A stretch of DNA of 18,986 bases from Amoeboradix gromovi X-113 (Eukaryota; Fungi; Sanchytriomycota), in the NCBI GenBank assembly GCA_018985225.1, contig JADGIF010000115.1:1-18986 (forward strand), in the 5' to 3' direction. The notes below the pieces were generated by a model, which was not told where the DNA came from, made no database searches, and saw nothing but the letters and a program-made list of their open reading frames with translations. Position numbers and translations under genes: made by a program. Positions within the stretch are counted from its first letter, which is position 1; every line of letters begins with the position of its first letter. This document shows, piece by piece, positions 9,591 through 18,714 of the stretch.

Positions 9591-9595
9591 GTAAA

Positions 9596-10135
9596 TTAAT
9601 AAAAAGAGTTACTCGAATACAAATATGCAACAGTTTGATCAAATTTAGCTTCTCTTATCAGTGTAAACCCTTGGTTACATTTATCTTTCTTATGAGGATG
9701 AATTAATAGCATGAATTTACAAATGCACGACAATTGCATGGTAAACAAAGCTAAAATATTTTTGGGAACTAAATGAAAGGCGTAAGATATAATGCACAAG
9801 TCATAAGACCTACCTTCTAGCGCTCCATTGGCAATATCCATAAAAGTGAAACTCATACAGTCTGCTGTGGGTATTCTACTTTTAAGAGAATGTGAAGTAT
9901 AAGGATCAATAAACGAATAATTCGCTGAAGGACTTATTTTCTGTAGAGCTAAAGACGCTTCACCGGAACCGCAAGCAACATCTAAAACAGATGAACCGAT
10001 ATAATTACCTAAGTTGCAGGTTTTATGCAGTACCATCACGACCTTTTGAACCCTCTCCTCGTGTGGGTTGCGATAAGACTTACCTTTAGATAGATAAAAA
10101 TTCTCAACCCCATTTGAATAGTCAATTCGATGCAT
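9596..10135 (-). CDS. Class I SAM-dependent methyltransferase-fold protein
   Basis: GVENFY...YRNPH, motif I VLDVACGSGE, IDPYT, YDLCIISYAFHL. ATG at 10135. Confidence 0.8.
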   Translation of the reverse strand: MHRIDYSNGVENFYLSKGKSYRNPHEERVQKVVMVLHKTCNLGNYIGSSVLDVACGSGEASLALQKISPSANYSFIDPYTSHSLKSRIPTADCMSFTFMDIANGALEGRSYDLCIISYAFHLVPKNILALFTMQLSCICKFMLLIHPHKKDKCNQGFTLIREAKFDQTVAYLYSSNSFY

Positions 10136-10214
10136 CAAGACACTCTCCTCTTATGAACAATAATTAAGATGCTTTCAGAGAAATTCCAGATGAATGGTTT
10201 AATAATTTATTTAA

Positions 10215-10556
10215 TTATTCGATAGTTTCTACCTGCTTACCTTTAAAAGAAGCGCAAGGCACAAAGCCAACTACTGCAACAACTTTATCTTCTTCCATTT
10301 TTTTCTGTACACGGACTCTAATTCTGTGAGGTAATTGCTTGATTCCATTGCTCCATAATGCTTTGTTTAGCATAGGTTCTATTTTAACTGTTTCTGTCTG
10401 GCAGAGCTGAGCTGCTAACTTTTTAATAACTTTAATAGATTTAGGTGCTCGCTTTTTAAAGGTGCATCCTAATAAATGCTTATGTAAATGCACTGTGATT
10501 TCCTTAGTAAAAAGCTTTTGTTTGTCCATTGAGTCCCAGCTAATATCAAGAGTCAT
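10215..10556 (-). CDS. RPL31: 60S ribosomal protein L31 (eL31), divergent; the true start may be the ATG at 10529
   Basis: TKEITVHLHK..G.TFKKRAPKSIK, LNKALWSNGIK..PHRIRVR and SFKG motifs. Confidence 0.93.
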   Translation of the reverse strand: MTLDISWDSMDKQKLFTKEITVHLHKHLLGCTFKKRAPKSIKVIKKLAAQLCQTETVKIEPMLNKALWSNGIKQLPHRIRVRVQKKMEEDKVVAVVGFVPCASFKGKQVETIE

Positions 10557-11039
10557 TGGATAAAAAATCGAGGCTTAACCTATCAACTTATGAAACTAAA
10601 CACCTATAGGGGCATACTGCGAAAGTGATTCGACTATTAGTCGTAGCGGTCATACGAGAATGTCTCAGAATAGCAGCCTGTTGAGATTATTTGCTGCAAA
10701 CTTGATTTTTCTTGTGAATAAATTTATTATGCGCAGAAATTGCTGTATTAATAGCAGCGTCCTGATAAAAGACTTGAGTGCAGTATTCAGAGTCAATTAA
10801 TAATAACTCAGGTTTTTATTCAGTTTTATTTACTGTGATCTTTTTTGCAAGATTACCAAGTGAATAAACATAAACAACTCTGGAAATAATCGCCATTTTT
10901 GCACAACTTTGATTATTTATACTAGAAGATTCAAAACATAATGATGTTTTCTTCTTATTAACGTTTACAACGATTCTACGTTCCGTGTAATAGTATTGAT
11001 TAAACTATTCCTACTCACTACTACTATTTCTCAAGAAAT

Positions 11040-11430
11040 CACAGTCTTTTCTATTGCGTGCGTATCAAAGTGCTTGTAACACGAGCCTCATGGGATATTT
11101 AAATGCAGTTCAATACTGCCACAAGACAATAATTTCCAGGATATGTACCTTTTTCAGAGCAGTCGTTCGCACTCCCAAACTAAAATTGAGAGTACGCGTT
11201 ATTTCTTCTTTATGATGAAATTAATCTACACTGTCTCCTCATTAAACTTCTGATTTCCGAGAAAATCGAGGGTTTCCACGGAGAAACTAGCAATGCTAGA
11301 TGCTCCGTTACAGTGATTGCTCGCGCTTTCACTACCCTGAGACAGGATTGAATAAGGATGCAGATAATTTTATGTGTTCCTTGCTGCCATACTCTCTGTT
11401 GTTACACATGTGGTAAGACCAATGACATAA
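11040..11430 (+). pseudogene. Fanzor-like relic (family 2, copy C, the longest)
   Basis: With frameshifts: TVFSIA..EPHGIFK, HKTIISRICTFFR, DFRENRGFP, LRYSDCSRFHYPETGLNKDA, VVRP. Confidence 0.65.
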
Positions 11431-11497
11431 GAGTTATTAAATAAATGGTTTACATCCTTATTTATTGTTGATATATTTTGAGGACTGGTTAAAAGGC

Positions 11498-11720
11498 ATC
11501 TAATTGTTCCATTTTTGGACCAGTTCCTCAACGTTGATGTATGCTGTAACTATTATTTATTTCTTTAGATTTGACATATTCGGGATTACATGCATTGATT
11601 CCATTTACCATTTGCGAAATGAAGAATACCAAGTGTTTAAGCTATTGGAAAAGTCATGAAATTATATAAAGATGAATACAAATTCGCGATAAATAATTTA
11701 TTTTGCAAAATTCAATAGCT
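11498..11720 (-). repeat. About 223-bp inverted repeat, right copy (partner 9003-9226)
   Basis: Reverse complement of 9003-9226. Differences are confined to a short central patch. Confidence 0.95.
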
Positions 11721-11809
11721 ATATTCAATCCAAATTTGATTCAGCCATAGTACCTGAGATATCTGTTCCGCGTCATTTCCTAATGTATTTTGATGACATG
11801 CATATATCT

Positions 11810-12160
11810 AGGGATATATTCTTGCACTTTCTCAAGGTTCCTAGAATAAAAATACATCTTCAAAATTTACCATGGGACAGAAAATAATTGAACATATGAT
11901 CCTTTTGATTCCAACAAGTATTGAAAATCTTGTTTGCCTGCCAAAAAGTGTAAAATATCGACAAATTCCTCAATTGACAGCAGACATGCAAGTCTGGATG
12001 AATCCGTAATTACAATCCCAGTCTGCGGTTTTTGAGACTGTATCAATCTAATTGATTTGGGAATACCGATGAATGTGGGACATATTTACTTTGCTATTCT
12101 ATTTTTTTTGAGCAGCTTTTTAGGTATCGGAAGTATGACCATATATTTCACCTAAAATTA
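11810..12160 (+). pseudogene. Fanzor-like C-terminal relic
   Basis: With frameshifts: YILALSQGS*NKNTSSKFTMGQKIIEHM, KKCKIS, SLRF/DCINLIDLGIPMN/WDIFT, EV*PY. Confidence 0.55.
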
Positions 12161-12204
12161 AATTTTAAGTCTGAAGCTACTTTAGTAGCTTATATTTACA
12201 TGAT

Positions 12205-13918
12205 TTATTCATTAAAATGTCTTGAAAATCTCTGTATCTTTGATTGTCGTTTGAATCTACCAGATTGCCTTAATGCGCTGTCAGAATTCGATATCAAGGA
12301 AGGCAGATTATCAGATATCTCCATCTCTTCTTTTTCGTATTCTGATTTGTAGTCTTCTTTCATTTCATCTATAGGATTTCCCATTTCCAACAACAGTTCC
12401 TGTAGCTGCCTTACTGCTCCATGGTTCCCCAAAAATCGATGCATTAGCATTCTTTTAGCCGTAGCCCGCTGGGTTGGATCTACGACCAAGCACCTCTTTC
12501 TAAAATCTCTACACAAACTTGAATATTTCTGCTTATATCTTTCTTCTAGTAACGGAGTTGTTTCTAATTCTGATAGTTCTTTTACTGCTTCATATGGCAC
12601 CCTATTTACGTATAAAGGATGCCTTGTCAAACATTCGTGTACCAGTACTCCAAATGACCAGATATCAACTGCAAATTGATACGGATCTCCCCTAACACAC
12701 TCGGGTGCCATATACAGCAAGGTACCTATAGATGATGTCCTGTTTTCTAGTGTGTTCATGCAGCTACTGTATGTTTTGGCATTCTCGGCTATAACGGTCT
12801 TATGGGTTTTAGTCAATGGTTCTAACAGTACTGCTTGTGCAAACTCTGCTATTTTAACTATTCCTCCTGATGTTATTAATATGTTTTCTGGTCTTATATC
12901 TCTATGCACAACCCTCAACGAATGTAAATAATCGATCCCTTTTAAAATTTGGATACAAATTAGAGCTAAAACGTTTTGAGGGAACTCATCATTTACATGA
13001 ACATGATCAATAAGCTGACTTAGATCATACTCGCAAAACGGAGTTATAATCCACACTTCATTTTTAAAGTGCATCCATTCGTCTAAGTTAGCTACAAATA
13101 CCATCAATTCCAATATCAGTATTTTTAACATCTGGAGAATCCTTTTCGTCTAACCGGGTATTAGGATGCAGATTATCGCATGAAATCATCCCTACAGTAA
13201 CTAAGGGTACAATATGCTTGCTGCCCCTGTCATTACTCTGATTACTAATTAATCTGTACAATTCTACTTCTTTTACTAAATGCTGCAATCTTTTATAGCA
13301 TCTTTGGTTTTGGATTACGAGTCTCTTTATTAAAATATGCTGCTTAAAATCAAATGGTACCAAAAGAGAATTAATAGAGTTATGCAACAGCATGTATTGA
13401 TCACCAGCATCGCCCTCTGCAAAAGGCAGTAACTTGTATACATCAGTGCCTTTATTTATACCAAGATTAGGAAGATTCAACAAGTAGTGAGTAAGAGTTT
13501 GTTTTATGTACTGCTGAAAAAGAGGGTGTATGCCGTTTAAATTCATTTCAGAGCCAGCAGGTGCAGAATGTATAGTCTTATCTTCGGGTGAGTTTTTGTT
13601 GGCTATTAGAGCAGTGTTAGGCATATGAGGACTTTTTATAATGTGCCTTGTATCAGTATTGATCAACAGGCTATGCTCTTTATCTCTTTTGGTATCAATT
13701 TTATCAGGACGACTAACTTGGACCTCTTTGGCTAAAGAATACTTAACACCTTTATCGATTAAATAAGGAGAATATGTTTTCATATATCCTATCCATTCTT
13801 GTGGGATGCCAGTGAGTTTACCATCCTCATAAGCAACATGGACATGCTGCTTACTATTTACTGGTTTTGAAATTTCTTTAATTTCGACCTTTTTTTGAGA
13901 GTTTGATGATGATTTCAT
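12205..13918 (-). CDS. PAK/Ste20-family CRIB plus kinase-fold protein, 564 aa, join(13918-13102,13082-12205); probable pseudokinase
   Basis: CRIB-like EISKPVNSKQHVHVAY..LTGIPQEW; kinase motifs HRDIRPEN, GTLLYMAPE and DIWSFG. The two ORFs join in frame after removal of a 19-nt GT-AG intron. Confidence 0.85.
13083..13101 (-). other. 19-nt spliceosomal intron GTATTTGTAGCTAACTTAG
   Basis: GT...AG with a GCTAAC branch site. Removal gives ...GID-D-EWMHFKNEVWIITPFC, restoring the kinase frame. Confidence 0.8.
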
Positions 13919-14004
13919 ATTTAATGTTTCAAGTGAAATTCATTATCACAGACGGCAAACGGATGAATAAGATGAGATAGAATAGGGTCTTGGAATTGCG
14001 TTAA

Positions 14005-14150
14005 AAAATAATAGAACAGCTAGCAGAAAAAGTACTCCAAGTGTTAGCAAAGCCTGCTTAGAAACTTTAAAGCAAAGTACTTGGGACGATAATTCTGGAA
14101 CATTTAGTACGCATAATGAAGATTAATGAATTTATTGCATCTGAAATTAA
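14005..14150 (+). pseudogene. Possible Fanzor RuvC-II relic
   Basis: SKVLGTIILEHLVRIMKINEFIAS resembles G..I.EH.. of the 11810 relic and the RuvC-II xEFxTS motif. Confidence 0.4.
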
Positions 14151-14193
14151 CGAGACTCCCCTTGAGGACTATTTGACACTTGAGGCTTGACCA

Positions 14194-15603
14194 ATGGAAA
14201 ATCGAATAATAGTGAAAATAGAAAGCATAGAGTATGATGTAACTAATTTCCTAGATGTTCACCCGGGGGGAAAAGATAAGTTAATTAAATTTAACGGGTT
14301 GGACGCGACTTCTGCTTTTAAAAATGTAGGACACACAGATGAAGCTCTTGATATCTTAAGAAACCTATCTAATGGTAAGCCCAAAACTAACTGGTATAAC
14401 ATCTTCAAGGTGATATTGTTTGTGTCTGTACTGACTGTCGCTATATTTTTATCTGCGTTCGATGGATCTTCCTATCAAAATATGATAACAAACGCCTATC
14501 CTAAATCAGGAGACTTTGGGTTTGGTATATTTACAATTCGAGGGACCATTGGATCTGGATACTATCCGTGGATATCTCAAAACGTGTCTGCTGCTGGGTA
14601 TGTAACTTCAATTCTTGGGTATTTGTTGCACCAGCTTGGATTATATTACATAATGTACAGAGCTCAAAAGGCACATAGTGAAGGTAACCTAGATTGGACG
14701 GATGGTAGGAACAAGTATTCCACAATCGCTTTTGTTTTCAACATGAACATGGCTGCATTGAAATTTATCCAATCTCATGTGTTTTATGATGGTTTGGCTT
14801 CTATATTTCCGGAATCTGCTGCTCAGTGTTCTGTGATCTTCTTTCTCTTGTTTGCTGTCATGCTAGAAATTCCGAGGCGAGGTTTATTCTTTGGTTACTT
14901 TAAAAAGGTTCCAATTTTACGAGTAGAAAGCAAAAGCTTTGTTAGAAAATACCACGGCTACTTTATGGGATTTGGAGCTATATTTAATTTTTGGTATCGT
15001 AATTAACTTACTCACTTAGACCCATGCGAAGGATCTCTTGGTCATTTTTTAGGATTCTTTAATCAGCTTATATTTATTTTGCAGGCATCTCTTTTATTTA
15101 CACGACTACACAGGGATAGGTATTGGACGTTCTTTGTAGAGACTATTGTGCTAGTCCATAGCTTAACCACTGCCTTGGGCCAAGGAGGCCAAGTATGGCT
15201 TTTATTCTTCAACGGTTTCTTATTTGTTATAGTAATTACTCAGTTGTGGGGCATTCCGATAGTTTTCAACACTATCAATAAATCTAAAAATTCAACAGGG
15301 ATCGTGATTAAGGTCACAACGCTGCTAATATATTTAGCGATAGCAATTGCCACGTATGGATCCCAAGGGGCTATAAGTAAGACATTCAATATTGTGTTTA
15401 TACCTCTTAGTTACTATCTTATAATAGCATTTTATTATATTGGATTCATCTTGTTCGGCGGCGCTTTGGTTAAGTCAAATACATACAAAAATACACCAGT
15501 TTTAATTAAAATTGGATTGGTTCTTGCTAGCATTGGATGGGTAATAATGGCGTTTTTTATGTACGCATCCTTGCAGCGTTCTCCAATTACTGTAAATAAA
15601 TAA
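14194..15603 (+). CDS. Cytochrome b5 domain fused to a multi-pass His-rich membrane domain, 462 aa, join(14194-14998,15020-15603)
   Basis: b5 motifs YDVTNFLDVHPGG...DATSAF..VGH. The membrane part contains YDGLA, PRRGLFFG, YHGY, FWYHP and GH. FWYHP is created by removing a 21-nt intron. Confidence 0.82.
14999..15019 (+). other. 21-nt spliceosomal intron GTAATTAACTTACTCACTTAG
   Basis: GT...AG containing an in-frame TAA, with a CTCAC branch-like site. Removal yields FWY-H-PCEGSLGH in frame with ORF 15079-15603. Confidence 0.8.
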
Positions 15604-15780
15604 TTTAAAATTTCCACTAAATGTTCGTTACTGCGATGCATTGATTACATAATTTTTACAGTCAATGCTCGCTTTAAACAAGTGCACTACAATCTGTGTC
15701 AATCTGTTGGTTTCTTTTTCATGTAGAGCGTTCCATATATTACGTTCCTCAGTTTCTTAGAAGTGTTTTGAACTATTATT

Positions 15781-17334
15781 TTACTTGCAATAATCATCTA
15801 TCTCCAGCTTAATATGTCCCATAGCCGACAGAAACTTCTGCTTCTCTTGCTTAGAGCGCATTACATATTCATTGTATGTTTTTAGCTTTGATTTGTTTTT
15901 TTCCAACAATTCTTTTAGGTTCTGTTTTGATCTCAATTCTTTATTGAGAAGCAGGCTCAATCTCTTGTTTTCTGCATGCAGGAACTGAGATTCATTTATA
16001 GATGACTTATACTTTGATTTTAACGAAGAGTAATCGGCCTTAACGCCCTTAACTTGTTTCTGCAAATTAACCAGCATCGCCTTTCGCTCTTGTTCCGAGT
16101 TCAGAAATGTGGATTTTGACTGTTCCAATTTATTGTTTTCATTTTTTAAAGCCTCATTTTCTGATTTTAATGAATCAATTATGTGTTGCTGTGTATCCGA
16201 ACTATTGGCTATGGCTGCAGTTGACTTCATAGATTTGATGATTTTTAGTTCATCAATGTAAGTTGTACATTTAAAGCTAATTCTATCTAGATCCAAATCC
16301 AAATTCGCTTTGTCCTTTTGTAGGGTTATAATTTGCGTTTTAAGTTCTTTAACAACCTGCTCATGATTTTTCATTATACTTTTAACTTTAGCATCATTTT
16401 GCTTCATTTCGTTGGCAAGTTCACCCGTTAGTTTGACGTTTTTACTAGTTAGAGAGGCGTTTTCCAACTCAACTTTAGATATTCTCAGTTGATTTTCTTC
16501 AATTGTGTCTTTTAAAGCTGATATCTCATTCAACAGCTTATTGCGCTCTAATTCTAGCGCAGACTCTCTAGGATTCCCTGTTTTTAATTCTTTACTCTTT
16601 AATTCTTTTAATAGCCCAAGAATAAGGCGATCATGTGTTTTTTGATTGTTTTCAAATCGGAATTCCATTCTGTTTCTATCTAAATTCTTGTATATAAGCT
16701 GAATGTCTTCATTGGGAATATCATTCCCTTCTAATTTGATTTCCAATAACTCTCTGTTGCGATTAGACAGGTTCACAAGATATTTTGAGGACAATAGACC
16801 GATTATGTTCCATCTCAAGTCAACGTATTTGAGGCTATTGTTTATGGATAAGGATTCTGCGAGTGATCGCCCTCCTTCACTTGTTATTTGATTGTTTCTC
16901 ATATCAATGTATCTTATGTTTGTATTTTTACCCACACCAATACAGAATAACCTGAACTCATCCTCATATACCCCTAGATTATTTAGTTCTAATAGCAGAT
17001 GCTCTATACTTGTGTTTATTCGAACCATGTCCCCTAAATATCTGCAACTTTCAGATTGTAAAAAATTACCACTTAAATTCAGCTTTTTTAATGTGAAATT
17101 GTTTTTTAAACATGAGCATAGTACTCTGCAGCCTTCACTTCCGATGCGCACATCTGCCAATGTGAGTTCAGCTAACCATTCGTCCATGGAACATGCATAA
17201 GAAATGGCTAGCAAATGGGGTTTATCTGCTGCATAAAGAGTAATACTGTTGTCACTTGGTAGCTTGTCTGGTGGAAACAAGGTTGGGATTTCACTTGGCT
17301 TTTTTGATGAGTACTTTTCTAAAAAATTAATCAT
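15781..17334 (-). CDS. LRRC45: LRRC45-like centriolar protein (RI-type LRRs plus coiled coil)
   Basis: LELNNLGVYEDEFRLFC.G..N, DMRNNQI, DLRWN.IGL and GNDIP match LRRC45 repeats; long C-terminal coiled coil. Confidence 0.85.
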   Translation of the reverse strand: MINFLEKYSSKKPSEIPTLFPPDKLPSDNSITLYAADKPHLLAISYACSMDEWLAELTLADVRIGSEGCRVLCSCLKNNFTLKKLNLSGNFLQSESCRYLGDMVRINTSIEHLLLELNNLGVYEDEFRLFCIGVGKNTNIRYIDMRNNQITSEGGRSLAESLSINNSLKYVDLRWNIIGLLSSKYLVNLSNRNRELLEIKLEGNDIPNEDIQLIYKNLDRNRMEFRFENNQKTHDRLILGLLKELKSKELKTGNPRESALELERNKLLNEISALKDTIEENQLRISKVELENASLTSKNVKLTGELANEMKQNDAKVKSIMKNHEQVVKELKTQIITLQKDKANLDLDLDRISFKCTTYIDELKIIKSMKSTAAIANSSDTQQHIIDSLKSENEALKNENNKLEQSKSTFLNSEQERKAMLVNLQKQVKGVKADYSSLKSKYKSSINESQFLHAENKRLSLLLNKELRSKQNLKELLEKNKSKLKTYNEYVMRSKQEKQKFLSAMGHIKLEIDDYCK

Positions 17335-17415
17335 GTGGCTTGTTTAAAGCTAACATTTAAAACAATAATTTTTTTGACATACTCGATGTAGAATAGGCTC
17401 GAGAGGTACAATCAC

Positions 17416-17750
17416 ATGGATAGTAGGCAGAGCGTTGTCGAAACATTGAATGTCCAAAATTCCATCTAAGGATTACCTGAAACTATATCATACAAATCAT
17501 ATCAGATTACTACAGCGCTTAAATTATTGTCAAAACCAAGAGACTCGAGGGAAATAATCAAATTGAATATTAAATAGTTGCTGCGCTGTCATGATCCATA
17601 AATGGTCTGAAATACTAATTACCATGTTCGTAATGTGCACTTTGCATTTCTAAGATCCAAATATGGTAGAAAGAAAACAAACTGAGATGTCCATACTTGG
17701 AATATAATGGCGCTTCTGGTGATAAAATACCTGGGTTAAGAAAGATGTTG
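17416..17750 (+). pseudogene. Fanzor/TnpB-like C-terminal relic
   Basis: One frame: SVVETL ... LLRCHDP (from 17578) ... KTN*DVHTWNIMALLVIKYLG*ER. The TGA at 17683 would be CGA (Arg) of an NRDV..NI motif. Confidence 0.62.
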
Positions 17751-18051
17751 ACTACAAATATTACGATAAAGAAGGAATAAGGTATGAGGTATTGATAAAA
17801 AGTGATTTATAAGATGATGGCGCCAATTGTAAAGACATTGAAGTAGTCCGAACAAGCATTTGGTAGAAAACACTTTTTTGTTTATTCCTGAGTTTAGGAC
17901 GAATTAAGAGGGATTAGTGACAAGAAATTGCTGCTTGAAGGTTCGAAAATAGAATATGAGCATTTTGGCTTAAGTTCTACCATTTTTAGACTTGTGTTTA
18001 AATACTATATCAAGCTTTGGTAAATTACACCCAATTTATCCTTCAAACCGG

Positions 18052-18543
18052 ATGATTTCGCCGCTCAAAGCTTGGAATGTCTTAAACGCATATCTACCAA
18101 AGTTTGTCAGCAATTTCTTTTTCACTCAAATAGTCAAGTTCATGAATCCATACAGCAGAAGCATTCCATTTAAAGTTGCCTTGTATGAAAAAGGACTATG
18201 TTTATTAGAAGTGCAAGAAAAGAGAGGAATAAGAAACCCATTTAGTTCAATCCATGCCGCAGCATTAGTGCTGTTAGGCGAGACTGCTGGCGGGTTATCT
18301 GTTATGAGTGCTCTGAATCCAAAAGAACGATTTATTGTAACTTCTATAACTGCTACATACCATTCTAAAGCTAGAGAGACGATATTAGCAACAGCAAAGG
18401 TAGATGCAGCTGTTTTATCAAAACTAAGAGAAACTAAAGCAAAAGGAAATTTACCGATGGACATAGAAATTCATCAGGCAAACGGGAAAGCAAAACTTGC
18501 TAATATTAAAGTTGACTTTTATGTAGATTGCACCAAAATCTAA
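18052..18543 (+). CDS. Hotdog-fold thioesterase-like protein (PaaI/DUF4442-like)
   Basis: NPYSRSI, RNPFSSIHAAALVLLGETAGGL and YHSKAR motifs. ATG at 18052 is preferred to the TTG at 17992. Confidence 0.8.
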   Translation: MISPLKAWNVLNAYLPKFVSNFFFTQIVKFMNPYSRSIPFKVALYEKGLCLLEVQEKRGIRNPFSSIHAAALVLLGETAGGLSVMSALNPKERFIVTSITATYHSKARETILATAKVDAAVLSKLRETKAKGNLPMDIEIHQANGKAKLANIKVDFYVDCTKI

Positions 18544-18559
18544 TAAATGCATATGTTCT

Positions 18560-18714
18560 ACTGTCTGTTAAGGTCTTAATTTCAGAGAAAGTCAAGAATT
18601 TCCACCGAGATAATGATAAAGCTAGTCACTCCATTTCGGTAGCTGCTTAAGCTTCCACTACTATGATGTGGGGCTGAATAGGGATGCATTTACTTCAAGT
18701 AAGTATGACCATAT
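18560..18714 (+). pseudogene. Fanzor-like relic (family 2, copy D), interrupted by the TIR element
   Basis: NFRESQEFPPR..SLHFGSCLSFHYYDVGLNRDAFTS; aligns with 11230-11375. Confidence 0.62.

Noticed and set aside
11235-11345. Family 2 repeat read as a retrotransposon gag (ISEKIKNFHG...)
   Set aside because: Two copies share a stop in that frame. The alternative frame gives the zinc-finger/NRD pattern colinear with the other Fanzor relics.
13088-13131. Programmed frameshift or two separate genes for the kinase
   Set aside because: A GT-AG segment with a perfect CTAAC branch site restores the frame exactly, and a similar intron occurs at 14999-15019.
15004-15006. Stop-codon reassignment (TAA=Gln) or readthrough
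   Set aside because: Conserved genes (RPL41, RPL31) end at TAA at the expected position, and intron removal gives a better motif.
15622-15700. LLRCIDY...QVHYNL as a further Fanzor relic
   Set aside because: Suggestive, but too short and degenerate to support as a feature.
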